NCBI RefSeq assembly: GCF_001642725.1
Contig: NZ_LSUQ01000003.1
Coordinates: forward strand, 1-64,000
DNA: 64,000 nucleotides
Reading direction: 5' to 3'
Origin: Ferroacidibacillus organovorans
GTDB lineage: Bacteria > Bacillota > Bacilli > Alicyclobacillales > SLC66
This document shows, in pieces, positions 40,004 to 49,169 of this stretch. Every line of letters starts with the position of its first letter. Position 1 is the first letter of the stretch. Both the position numbers and the translations under genes were made by a program. The notes beneath the pieces were generated by a model that saw only the letters and a list, made by a program, of their open reading frames with translations, was not told the origin of the DNA and made no database searches.

Positions 40004-41758
40004 GTGCTTGGAATCACTCTGAATGAACGCCTACAGATCGCATCTTCAAAAATGTTGACGATGTTGAGTCAAATGATTGATGTGAATACATTATTTGTGG
40101 CAATCCATGATGAACAGACGAATGAGATTATCAAGGTGTACAACCGGACTGAGGCATTGATGCAAGAAGGGGCGATGCCTTTTCGCGAGAGTTATTGTCA
40201 TCATGTCTGCAAGTCGACAGCAGATGTACTCATCATCCCCGACACAACGCTCGATGAGCGGACAGCCACAATGACGATCACATCCAAGCTCGGTGCGACA
40301 TCGTTTATCGGTGTGCCGATCGTTTTGAAACACGGGTGGAAGGTTGGCACAATTTGTGGCATGGATCGAACCGATCATGCATTTAGCGAGAAGGAGATTG
40401 AGGCGCTGCACGTTGCCGCTGTGTTCGTCGGTTACGTGATTGAATTAGAGCGAATGGCCTATGTGGATGATGTGACGGGGGTGTTTACTAGGAAGTTTTT
40501 GCAGGAATCCTTTCAGGGGCTCGCCAATCAGCACTCGGTGGTCTGCATGTTTGTGCTGGACATTGACCATTTTAAGATGATTAACGATCGCCAGGGACAC
40601 GAGTTTGGAGACAAGGTACTTCGTGTGATCGCAAAGCGCATTCACGACGCTCTGTACTCTACAGGAATCTTGTTTCGCTTAGGTGGCGACGAGTTTGCGC
40701 TGATGTCTTCTGATCCCACAAACCGCAAAGAGGCGTTGACGCTTGCGCAACAGGTGCTTGATCTCTTTTCTTCTCCGTTTGCGGTGGACGGAATGAGCCT
40801 CTTTGTCACGGCGAGCATCGGGGTTTCCTGGTATCCAGAATGTGGTGTTCAATTGCAGGAGCTTCTTCGCTATGCAGATATGGCGATGTACAGCGCAAAG
40901 CATGCCGGGGGCAATTGCATCAAGTGTTATGATCCGCAGCAGGAAGCTGCGATGAGGGAACGGCTTGACTTGGAGGAACGGTTGCGTTATGCGTTGGAAC
41001 ATGAGGAATTAGAAATTCACTATCAGCCCAAAATTTTAGTAAAGGATGGTTCAATTCAGTCCATCGAAGCGCTTACACGCTGGCGAGACGCATCGGGTGC
41101 ATGGATCTCACCTGAACGATTCATTTCGATTGCCGAAGAGAGTGCGTTGATTGTTATGCTAGGGCGATGGGTGCTGCTTAAAGCGTGTCGACAGTTTGTA
41201 ACATGGGAAGAAAAAGGGAAAGCCCCGGCGCTTTTGTCTGTCAACGTATCCCCGAAGCAATTTCAACTCGGGAACATGGTGCAAACGATTCGAGAAGTGA
41301 TTCAGGAAACGGGAATGGACCCGCAGTGCTTGGCGATTGAAATCACAGAGGGTCTTTTGATGCACAATTCCATGGAAATCGCGGAAGAGCTTCGGGTCAT
41401 TCGCTCTCTCGGTGTAAAGATCGCAATTGATGATTTTGGAAAAGGGTTTTCTTCGCTTTCATATCTTCACTTATTTCAACCCACCCACCTAAAAATCGAT
41501 AAATCATTTATTGATCATATGTTGCACGATCCAGGTCAAATGTCGATCGTATCTGCGGTGATTCATCTCGCGCATAATCTCAATATGTCAGTCATTGCGG
41601 AGGGTGTTGAGAATATGGAGCAGTTCAATCGCCTAAAAGCAGAAGGGTGTGACTATGTGCAGGGATATCTCTTTGCAAAACCCCTTCCCGCAGAGGAAAT
41701 TGAACGTTTTGCCAGCAGCTATTTAAAACATGGTGACAAGCGATTTAGGGTGGGGTGA
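40004..41758 (+). CDS. GAF-GGDEF-EAL c-di-GMP turnover protein
   Basis: N-terminal GAF; intact GGDEF; EAL and DDFGKGFSSL. Confidence 0.93.
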   Translation: MLGITLNERLQIASSKMLTMLSQMIDVNTLFVAIHDEQTNEIIKVYNRTEALMQEGAMPFRESYCHHVCKSTADVLIIPDTTLDERTATMTITSKLGATSFIGVPIVLKHGWKVGTICGMDRTDHAFSEKEIEALHVAAVFVGYVIELERMAYVDDVTGVFTRKFLQESFQGLANQHSVVCMFVLDIDHFKMINDRQGHEFGDKVLRVIAKRIHDALYSTGILFRLGGDEFALMSSDPTNRKEALTLAQQVLDLFSSPFAVDGMSLFVTASIGVSWYPECGVQLQELLRYADMAMYSAKHAGGNCIKCYDPQQEAAMRERLDLEERLRYALEHEELEIHYQPKILVKDGSIQSIEALTRWRDASGAWISPERFISIAEESALIVMLGRWVLLKACRQFVTWEEKGKAPALLSVNVSPKQFQLGNMVQTIREVIQETGMDPQCLAIEITEGLLMHNSMEIAEELRVIRSLGVKIAIDDFGKGFSSLSYLHLFQPTHLKIDKSFIDHMLHDPGQMSIVSAVIHLAHNLNMSVIAEGVENMEQFNRLKAEGCDYVQGYLFAKPLPAEEIERFASSYLKHGDKRFRVG

Positions 41759-41814
41759 CGCGTTGAATCGAAGGCGGGAACGATCGAACGCACTTTTCTA
41801 AATCTACCAAGAAC

Positions 41815-41842
41815 CTCAGGATCATCGTAAGGTATACGTAAG
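41815..41842 (+). promoter_or_regulatory. 11-bp-period direct repeats (OmpR-family-like site)
   Basis: CTCAGG-N5-CGTAAG-N5-CGTAAG. Confidence 0.4.
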
Positions 41843-41917
41843 TTTTCACTGTTAAGCTATCCCCAAGTTAAAGCCAATGAAAAAATAGAAGCTTTGAACT
41901 TGGGAGGTTGTTTTAAC

Positions 41918-42559
41918 TTGGCGAAAATAGGAAAACGCCTGATGAGTGTTTTTGGAATGGCCGTTACGGCTGTGTATGCCGCAGGGTACATTTACACCAT
42001 GCCTTCAGCGCAGGCGAATACGAGTAGTATCCCCGGTTTGAATCCGACGACACCAACCCCGTCACAATCTACACCTGGTGCGGCCGCCAAAGCGTATAAC
42101 AGCAAACCGCAATCTTCTACAAAAAAATCTTCGTCATCCCACCATGCGACGTCAACGACCGCGAGCAAGAAGTCAACGCCGACGCATCACGCACCATCGA
42201 CGGCCGCGTCGACAAGCAGTACCGCTAAAAAAGGGAACACAAAATCTTCAACATCAACCAACACCGCAAAAAAACCAGCTGCGAAGGCAGCTCAATACAA
42301 AGACGGCGTGTTTACAGGCGTTGCGAGCAATCCGTATGGCGGACTCTCGCTTGCGGTCACGATTGCTCACGGGAAAATTGCAGCGGTCAAGATCACGTCG
42401 TATACCATGCACTATCCCCAATCGGTGATTGATCCTCAGCTCCCACAAGAGGCTGTTCAGATGCAGACGTGGAGAATCTATATTGTATCAGGCGCCACAG
42501 CGAGTACGTACAACTTTGCGGAGGCAATGTACCAGGCCCTGAATAAAGCCAAGGCTTGA
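41918..42559 (+). CDS. Secreted or membrane-anchored FMN-binding protein
   Basis: N-terminal TM, Ser/Thr/Lys linker, YKDGVFTG, VSGATAST flavinylation motif; RBS GGGAGG. Confidence 0.9.
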   Translation: MAKIGKRLMSVFGMAVTAVYAAGYIYTMPSAQANTSSIPGLNPTTPTPSQSTPGAAAKAYNSKPQSSTKKSSSSHHATSTTASKKSTPTHHAPSTAASTSSTAKKGNTKSSTSTNTAKKPAAKAAQYKDGVFTGVASNPYGGLSLAVTIAHGKIAAVKITSYTMHYPQSVIDPQLPQEAVQMQTWRIYIVSGATASTYNFAEAMYQALNKAKA

Positions 42560-42572
42560 GGAGTGCGTAAAG

Positions 42573-43493
42573 ATGGTGTCCCAACATAGTGAAGAAACTC
42601 GCCTGCTCTTGGGAACGGTCGTTTCGATTCATCTCGTTGGATCGACTACGATAAAAGACCGTGAGCAGGCACTCGAACGCGCGTTTTCTGCGATGCGTTT
42701 TGTCGAGGAAACCTGCAGTCGATTTGATGAAACAAGCGCGTTGCGCGAACTCTGCCGTCACCCTGGGGTGTGGATGACGGTGCCGGACATCCTGTTTGAG
42801 TCGGTGCGTGTTGCGCTTGAAATGAGTGAACTCACGGCTGGACGGTTTGACCCGACGATTGGCGGGACGCTTGTAAGACACGGATTTACTAGACACTACG
42901 CGACAGGGGAACAGGTGCATGTTGCGGATGACGCGATGGACGAGACGGTAACATACCGTGATCTCGAACTTGATGAGACGATGCGCGCCATTCGCCTGCG
43001 AAAGCCACTCCTGCTTGACTTGGGTGCGGTTGCTAAAGGGCTTGCCGTGGATTTGGCGGCGCGTGAACTGAATGATTTTTCAGGGTTTGCGATTGATGCG
43101 GGGGGAGACGTTTACGTGCATGGCGTCGATCCGCAGGGGGATCTCTGGACGATAGGCATTCAGCACCCAACGGTCAAAGGGGAACAAATCGCGTGGCTAA
43201 AAACAACGGATGTCGCAGTTTGCACGTCGGGAAGCTATGAGCGGCGCAGCCCGCTCGATCCGGAGATTCATCACATTGTGGATCCGGGACGCGGAGTTTC
43301 TGAATCGAGTCTGCTGAGTTGCACGGTCATTGCGCCACTTGCCATGCTGGCGGATGCGGTGTCAACCGCCGCATTCTTACTCGGGGCAGAGCGAGCGCAG
43401 GAGTTTGTGGATGACGTTGAGCTTGCAGGCCTGTTTATCAGTGACACGCTTGAGATCACGATGACCGAATCTGCGAGGGGGTATATGAAATGA
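42573..43493 (+). CDS. apbE: FAD:protein FMN transferase (ApbE family)
   Basis: FDPTIG, DLGAVAKG, DAGGD, TSGSYER, HHIVDP, ADAVSTA. Confidence 0.93.
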   Translation: MVSQHSEETRLLLGTVVSIHLVGSTTIKDREQALERAFSAMRFVEETCSRFDETSALRELCRHPGVWMTVPDILFESVRVALEMSELTAGRFDPTIGGTLVRHGFTRHYATGEQVHVADDAMDETVTYRDLELDETMRAIRLRKPLLLDLGAVAKGLAVDLAARELNDFSGFAIDAGGDVYVHGVDPQGDLWTIGIQHPTVKGEQIAWLKTTDVAVCTSGSYERRSPLDPEIHHIVDPGRGVSESSLLSCTVIAPLAMLADAVSTAAFLLGAERAQEFVDDVELAGLFISDTLEITMTESARGYMK

Positions 43494-44374
43494 GTGAAAT
43501 AGAACGCGAGAGGCGTGCGCCACAGCCTTCATTTGAGCGATTTATAAAGACGCCAAAAGGTACCGTGATGGCGATTTTAGTGGGGATGACGATGATCGCG
43601 GCGCTTCGTCCGCAGGATCACTTTGGACTCGTCAACGCGCTCGTCGCTGCACTGACAGGCGTAGTGGTGGATGGCGCCGTCGCACTTATCATGAAACGCG
43701 GGAAATGGTTCTCAGACGGCGGGATCATTACAGGTTTGATCGTCGCGGATGTTCTCAGCCAGACGACGCCACTCCCCTGGATCGTCGCGATTACGGCGAT
43801 TGCGCTGCTTTCGAAGCATCTCTTGAAAATGGGGCGCAAACCACTGTTCAATCCGGCGGCGTTTGGTCTCCTCATCGCAACGTTTATCCTCCAATCAGGA
43901 CAGAGTTGGTGGGGAAGTCTCGCGCTGATGCCTACGTGGCTCACGTTTGTGGTCATCATCGCGGGAATCTTTATGACGATTCGCGTCAATAAGTTTCCGC
44001 AGGTTGCGGCGTACTTGGGAACGTACTTTGGGTTGCTCTTTATCATGGCGATCTTTCATCTCGGATTGCCGAATGATACACCGGCTGACGCCTTGCGTGT
44101 GCCGTTTGTAAACACAGCGCTGTTTTTAGCGTTTTTTATGGTGACCGATCCGCCGACATCCCCTGCGTCGTATGGACAACAGGTGGTCTTTGGCGTCGTG
44201 ACGGCCGTGGTGGGAACGATCATTTTTGCGACGGTTGGAGGCCTGGCGTATCCGCTGATTGGGTTGCTTGTTGCGAATGTGTGGAAGGCGATCTGGAGTT
44301 TGCGCAGTAGCCGTCAAAAAGATGCCAGTCGCGCAAAGGGTCGCGCGTATGCACCGCAAGCGTCGAACTCTTAA
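43490..44374 (+). CDS. NqrB/RnfD-like membrane protein
   Basis: FNPAAFG and FFMVTDPPTSP motifs; ATGA coupling to apbE. Confidence 0.88.
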   Translation: MSEIERERRAPQPSFERFIKTPKGTVMAILVGMTMIAALRPQDHFGLVNALVAALTGVVVDGAVALIMKRGKWFSDGGIITGLIVADVLSQTTPLPWIVAITAIALLSKHLLKMGRKPLFNPAAFGLLIATFILQSGQSWWGSLALMPTWLTFVVIIAGIFMTIRVNKFPQVAAYLGTYFGLLFIMAIFHLGLPNDTPADALRVPFVNTALFLAFFMVTDPPTSPASYGQQVVFGVVTAVVGTIIFATVGGLAYPLIGLLVANVWKAIWSLRSSRQKDASRAKGRAYAPQASNS

Positions 44375-44475
44375 TGGGATTTGATTGAAAATCAAAGGTT
44401 ATTTCCATTTGCTCGCAACCTAGGTTCGTGGGCGGTATACTCGGAAGAGAGCATTTGATGGAGGCGGATCATAGC

Positions 44476-44922
44476 ATGGCGGATTTGACGTTTAAGGCGG
44501 ATCTAAAATGGCGCGGCGTTGGTAAAGAAGGGGAAGGCGCGGCGACGATTGCTAAAGACATCACGGTTCGCTATTCAGCGCCGAGTGAGATGGGTGGTAA
44601 AGGGGTCGGGACGAGTCCAGAGGAGCTGCTGATTGCGGCGGTCGCGGCATGCTATAGTGGAACCCTTTTTCGTATGCTGCAAAAACGCGGGCTCGCGGTG
44701 AATGATTTGCAGATTCGCGCAGTCGGTACGGTGACGGGATATCCGCTGAATGGAAAATTTGCGAAGCTCACCGTAAATCCGAGGATCTACGGTGGGGACA
44801 CTTCACAGCGTGTCGACTATCAACAGGTCGCCGAGGCGGCGCGCGACGCGTGCTTTATCGGGAAGGCGATCATCGGGAATGTCGAGTATCTTGTGGGGGA
44901 TGTAACATTTGCAGATGAGTGA
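44476..44922 (+). CDS. OsmC/Ohr family protein
   Basis: GTSPEELLIAAVAACY and a second Cys in ACFI. Confidence 0.88.
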   Translation: MADLTFKADLKWRGVGKEGEGAATIAKDITVRYSAPSEMGGKGVGTSPEELLIAAVAACYSGTLFRMLQKRGLAVNDLQIRAVGTVTGYPLNGKFAKLTVNPRIYGGDTSQRVDYQQVAEAARDACFIGKAIIGNVEYLVGDVTFADE

Positions 44923-44971
44923 AAAAGCAGAAAGAAGCGTCCGAGCCGATCGGATGCTTCTTTCTGCTTTT
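44923..44971. terminator. Bidirectional terminator
   Basis: AAAAGCAGAAAGAAGCGTCCGA...TCGGATGCTTCTTTCTGCTTTT. Confidence 0.85.
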
Positions 44972-44976
44972 GTGGA

Positions 44977-45876
44977 TTACAAACCGATGGGGTTGTTGCG
45001 CGTCTGCACCCAATTCGTTCCGAAGTTGAAGTAGACAGATTTCCCCTGCATCGAGTTTGGGTCAATTCCTGAACCTGTAGGTGGTCTTAGGTCGAAACCA
45101 ACTGTGAAGGCAAGTAACGTTGATTGGCCTGGGTGAATTACATCATTGAACGTATTGACATTGTACGGTGACTGATTGACAAAATTTGAGGTTTGATCAT
45201 TGAACATTTGCGTTACAGCGACCGAATCAGTACTCACCGTCTGCCCATTCGATACCGCAGTAAGATTGTTGATGCTGTGAAGTAGACCGTTGTTCACTGC
45301 GGTCAAAAGTTGCTGCCCTGTGTAGCCCATTCCTCCGTACATTTGATAGAAATGGTTCACCGCATCAAGGCATTCTTCGATTTGGGTGGATGTTTCTTGA
45401 TTGGACCATTGGTCGTCGTTTCCGGTCGCTGTAGAAACAGGAACGAGCTCCCATACGGTCACGTTGGATTGATTGGAGAAAGTAGCATCGTTTTGAAGAT
45501 TAACTTGATTTGCCGAAGGATTTGAAGCGGTTAATCCATTGGCATCTACGGGTGTGGCTGCAATGGAGGATAGTCTTGCGGTCAATGTTCCTGTGTTTTC
45601 AAGAAACAGGCCGCGTGTGTGTTTATCGCCAGGAGCCCACAGCCCTGTGGGAACAACCCCCGCCTGAGGCGACGTAGTACTTGTGTAGAACATGGGCCCA
45701 GTTTGCGGAATGTCATCGCGCTCAGGGGTGACATTCAATGTTCCGGCTGTGAACGTGTTGGTTGTATTTTGTGAACTGCTTGTGAAGAGTGCGAACGTTC
45801 CGCCTCCGACAAGCGTACTGAGCGTAAGAATCCCTGCTACAGATAGAAGCGGTATCTTCGTCGAGAGTTTCAACAT
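44977..45876 (-). CDS. TasA/CalY family biofilm matrix protein (paralog 2)
   Basis: SipW-type signal GGTFALFTS, NTFTAGTL, WAPGD, NTGTL, NSMQG. Confidence 0.85.
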   Translation of the reverse strand: MLKLSTKIPLLSVAGILTLSTLVGGGTFALFTSSSQNTTNTFTAGTLNVTPERDDIPQTGPMFYTSTTSPQAGVVPTGLWAPGDKHTRGLFLENTGTLTARLSSIAATPVDANGLTASNPSANQVNLQNDATFSNQSNVTVWELVPVSTATGNDDQWSNQETSTQIEECLDAVNHFYQMYGGMGYTGQQLLTAVNNGLLHSINNLTAVSNGQTVSTDSVAVTQMFNDQTSNFVNQSPYNVNTFNDVIHPGQSTLLAFTVGFDLRPPTGSGIDPNSMQGKSVYFNFGTNWVQTRNNPIGL

Positions 45877-45905
45877 CCTACCTCCTTGGGAAATGGCTGC
45901 GGTTT

Positions 45906-45933
45906 AAAAAAGGTGGTGTTTTCACACCACCTT
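45906..45933 (-). terminator. Terminator between the two TasA-like genes
   Basis: AGGTGGTG/CACCACCT hairpin followed by a T-tract on the minus strand. Confidence 0.65.
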
Positions 45934-45966
45934 GAATGGAATCGACGTTATGAAGCGGATGACTGA

Positions 45967-46581
45967 TTAGCTCCAGCTTTGAGGTCCGACAGCGCCTGTG
46001 TAAGGGTAAGAAACTGGGTTCTTACTGCTGTCGATCGAGTTGTTCCGCGCTTGAATGGCTTCGACGGTGATCGTTGCAGAACCGGTCTGACCTTGGTAGA
46101 AGTTGTTTGCGGCAAGCGGCAATGAATAGTTGATCGCGATGGTCGTACTGGAGCCTGGCGCAAGTAAATAGCCAGTATCTCCAGCCGTCATGTTGGCATT
46201 AGGTGTCAAAACAAGCGGCTGATCATTGGCTGCGGTGTTTGTGATACCGTTCATGTCTGTGGTCGTTGCGTCAAAAATACCGCCAGTCGTTACAATTCCC
46301 GTAGAAGGAATGACGACCCACTCAGAAAGTGATCCCGTGTTGTGTACGGTCAGGTTGACGATTCCCGAATCTCCGGGCGCCATGTTCTGGAAGTTGTAGG
46401 ATGTCGACGTGAATGCGGGTTGGTTGCCATTTGATGCATCCACGTTGACCGTGCCAGCCGCGAACGTGTTGTCTGTGTTCGTTGCGCTTGATGTGAACAA
46501 CGCGAACGATCCGCCCGCCAACATTGCTGCACCTACTGCGGATGATGCCATTGCCAAAGCTACTTTTGATGCGATTGCCAT
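45967..46581 (-). CDS. TasA/CalY family biofilm matrix protein (paralog 1)
   Basis: GGSFALFTS, NTFAAGTV, NMAPGD, NTGSL, NFYQG; RBS GGGAGG. Confidence 0.9.
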   Translation of the reverse strand: MAIASKVALAMASSAVGAAMLAGGSFALFTSSATNTDNTFAAGTVNVDASNGNQPAFTSTSYNFQNMAPGDSGIVNLTVHNTGSLSEWVVIPSTGIVTTGGIFDATTTDMNGITNTAANDQPLVLTPNANMTAGDTGYLLAPGSSTTIAINYSLPLAANNFYQGQTGSATITVEAIQARNNSIDSSKNPVSYPYTGAVGPQSWS

Positions 46582-46701
46582 TTGAATTTCCTCCCTAGAT
46601 CCCCTATTGGGTTATGTTTGTTTCAAACTTCTCGCGGTATTGGATGGATAAGTCCATGCATAGCCCGTCGAGAAGGTCTCAACCGAATGGAAGCAATGCT
46701 T

Positions 46702-47304
46702 TCACACTTCGGATTTAGTGGGGGCTACTTCTTTTGCCCGCAGCTCTTTCCGAAGCGAACGCGTGAGACTGACCATTTGAGAGATGATCAGGAGTGCCCC
46801 TGGAATGATCAGTGTGAGCGCCATTCCAAGCTTTGTTTTTACAAATTCGAGGTAGTAACCGACATAGGGAACGGTAAAGTTGTCATACTGCGCAACCACG
46901 TTTTGGGATGGAACAAGGAAGAAATCGGCGACTTTGTTTGCGTCGCCTTTCGTGTGAAACAAGAGCTGGTTACCGCGATGAATCACCTGAATGATGCGGT
47001 GCGTAATCAGCATATTTTGGGTGTATGGTGCTTTGAATGTAATCATTTCGCCGACTTTTAACGTGGCTGGGTTTATGTGTGGCGTGTCAAATATGACGGA
47101 ACCGACTTGAAATGTAGGCACCATTGAGCCGGAGAGGACGACGTACATCTCGTGTCCAAAAATCGTCGGCGGTCCACCAGCGATGCGACTGGAAACACCT
47201 AAGTAGAGTATCAGCGCAAAAAATGCGAGAAGGAGATAGGTGACCACTCTGCCTGCCCATTTCAGTGTTGCTTTCATTCGCTTGATCGCCTTCCTCTTCA
47301 TCAT
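46702..47304 (-). CDS. sipW: Signal peptidase I, SipW (ER-type)
   Basis: VLSGSMVP, ITHRI, TKGDAN. Confidence 0.92.
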   Translation of the reverse strand: MMKRKAIKRMKATLKWAGRVVTYLLLAFFALILYLGVSSRIAGGPPTIFGHEMYVVLSGSMVPTFQVGSVIFDTPHINPATLKVGEMITFKAPYTQNMLITHRIIQVIHRGNQLLFHTKGDANKVADFFLVPSQNVVAQYDNFTVPYVGYYLEFVKTKLGMALTLIIPGALLIISQMVSLTRSLRKELRAKEVAPTKSEV

Positions 47305-48057
47305 CTAGTTGGAACTCGGTTTGTTGTATACATCGCTCACGACACTCGCAGGTGCTTGTGGCGCGTCGCTGCCTGCGTGATTCGTAGTGGCTTTTGCATC
47401 AGGTTGATCGGATTTTTTGTCATGTTTCACAAACGATGCGACAACACTTGTGCATGTCTGCATGTCATCTTGCATACGACTGAGATAGGAGGTGGCCGTG
47501 GACAAGGCGGTTTGTCCCCACGAAGCAACGCGTGCGAAAGATTCGATCACTGGTTGCGTATCTTTTTGTGCAATGGCGTTTTGATAATTCGTCTCATCTG
47601 TCGCCGCAGCTTGCGAAATGATCTCGAATGTGGCGTTTGCGTTTTGGATGAGTGACGCTTCCTGTGAAACCATCCCGTTAAGATGCGAGAGAATCTTTTC
47701 TTGATCCGTTTTCTTTTTCTCGTCCTCTTTATCTGAACGAATCCCTGCCCGATGGCTGATCCGCTGTGTGAGCGAGTCAGACTGCTGTGCATCGCCTGCC
47801 AGTTGCCCGACCAATTGCGCATACCACGACGGAAAGTGATCGGCAGATTGGAAGACGGCTGTCATTTGCTTTGACGATGTGAGCAGCGCCTCGGTGTTTC
47901 TCACAAACAGGTCTGAGCTTATCGCCGAAGCGGGTGTGAGCATCGCCGCCAGAACGAGAAGTGTGCGATACGGTTTTTTTTGACGGTTCACACGCATGGC
48001 ACGACTCCGTTCTTTTCGCGATAAAAAGTGGTTTTGCGAATTTGTCACATCACTCAA
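47305..48057 (-). CDS. Secreted accessory protein in the TapA position
   Basis: First gene of the sipW-tasA operon; basic N-terminus, hydrophobic segment, TEALLTS SipW-like cleavage motif. Confidence 0.65.
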   Translation of the reverse strand: MSDVTNSQNHFLSRKERSRAMRVNRQKKPYRTLLVLAAMLTPASAISSDLFVRNTEALLTSSKQMTAVFQSADHFPSWYAQLVGQLAGDAQQSDSLTQRISHRAGIRSDKEDEKKKTDQEKILSHLNGMVSQEASLIQNANATFEIISQAAATDETNYQNAIAQKDTQPVIESFARVASWGQTALSTATSYLSRMQDDMQTCTSVVASFVKHDKKSDQPDAKATTNHAGSDAPQAPASVVSDVYNKPSSN

Positions 48058-48078
48058 GACTGTATCGCCTCGCCGGTT

Positions 48079-48134
48079 GTTCTTTAAAACGAACGTTTAT
48101 GTGTTCATTATAACGAACGATCGTAGTGTGTCAA
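48079..48134 (-). promoter_or_regulatory. sigA promoter of the matrix operon with two SinR-type boxes
   Basis: Minus-strand TTGACA (48134-48129) and TATAAT (48112-48107); GTTCTTTAAAACGAAC 48079-48094 and GTTCATTATAACGAAC 48103-48118. Confidence 0.8.
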
Positions 48135-48314
48135 GAGATTGATATAAAGATTTTCCACGATATTTTCATCTTCATTCATTAGTGACGAAACTGTGCGGAT
48201 ATAATTTCGACGGAGAACGACATATGATCATAAGAAGAAAGTTTGGCGCATAGAATGATCGTCGACGCCGTCGATTGCTCACGAAAAACGTCGGAATTGC
48301 GTGGAAATATTCCC

Positions 48315-48343
48315 TTGTCGGCATAGGAGATAGCGTTTACGAT
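48315..48343 (+). promoter_or_regulatory. Candidate sigA promoter for the riboswitch-sinI-sinR transcript
   Basis: TTGTCG-17-TACGAT. Confidence 0.55.
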
Positions 48344-48359
48344 ATACATAGCACGAACC

Positions 48360-48446
48360 CGAAATCGCAAACCCGTTTGAAATGCGGGGACGCAAAGTCT
48401 CAGTTCTAAGGCTGACCTCAAATCGGCTATGAAGGCTGGACCGCAG
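48360..48446 (+). ncRNA. c-di-GMP-I (GEMM) riboswitch upstream of sinI
   Basis: CGCAAACCCGT-TTGAAA-TGCGGGGACGCAAAG...CTAA...ATG..GGCTGGACCGC matches the GEMM layout. Confidence 0.8.
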
Positions 48447-48483
48447 AAGGTTCCTATCGATTCGGTGGGAGGCAAAGGTCTTC

Positions 48484-48669
48484 ATGTCAAATGCTGAGCT
48501 GATTCAGTCTGAAGGCGTTGATGTCGGGTGGATTTCTTTAATGAAGGAAGCGAAGACACTTGGACTGAGCCTTGAAGAGGTACGCATCTTTCTTTACAGT
48601 AAAAGAGATGTGGTGTATGATTCTTCTTTAAGAACAACAGATACAATCGATCTTAATCAAGAACGATAA
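48484..48669 (+). CDS. sinI: SinI-family anti-repressor
   Basis: WISLMKEAKTLGLSLEEVRIFL helical-hook motif; directly upstream of sinR. Confidence 0.8.
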   Translation: MSNAELIQSEGVDVGWISLMKEAKTLGLSLEEVRIFLYSKRDVVYDSSLRTTDTIDLNQER

Positions 48670-48738
48670 TCGTTCGCTGATGAGATATGTATAGGGGATT
48701 TGCGTTAGGGTTTTGCGATGAATGTAAGGAGGATCACC

Positions 48739-49068
48739 ATGATCGGAGAAAGGATTCGTTCGCTTCGCATAGAGAGGAATCTCTCGCTCTCCGAATTGGC
48801 CGAACGAGCGGATATCGCAAAGTCCTACTTGAGTGCAATCGAAAGAAATATTCAGCACAACCCTTCGATTCAAGTGATTGAGAAATTGGCAAACGTCTTT
48901 GAACTGCCGATTCAACAGTTATTGCCGGACGAGACGATCAACGCGTTTGGCGAACTCGATTCCGAATGGCTGCAATTGGCCAAAGAAGCGGCAGACTCAG
49001 GAATTAGCAAAGAAGAGTTCAGTCAGTTTCTGGAGTATCAAAAATGGCGGTTGCAGCAGCCGAAGTGA
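48739..49068 (+). CDS. sinR: SinR transcriptional repressor
   Basis: MIGERI...SLSELAERA...AKSYLSAIERN...NPSIQ; C-terminal LDSEW...GISKEEF; RBS AAGGAGG. Confidence 0.92.
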   Translation: MIGERIRSLRIERNLSLSELAERADIAKSYLSAIERNIQHNPSIQVIEKLANVFELPIQQLLPDETINAFGELDSEWLQLAKEAADSGISKEEFSQFLEYQKWRLQQPK

Positions 49069-49169
49069 ACGGTGCCGGCGAAGTGAATTAGGAAGGGAAA
49101 ATTTCATGACCATTCGATGATAATGCGCGAATGGTATTTTTTTGCGAAGAAAACGAGCTGCCCAGGGGA

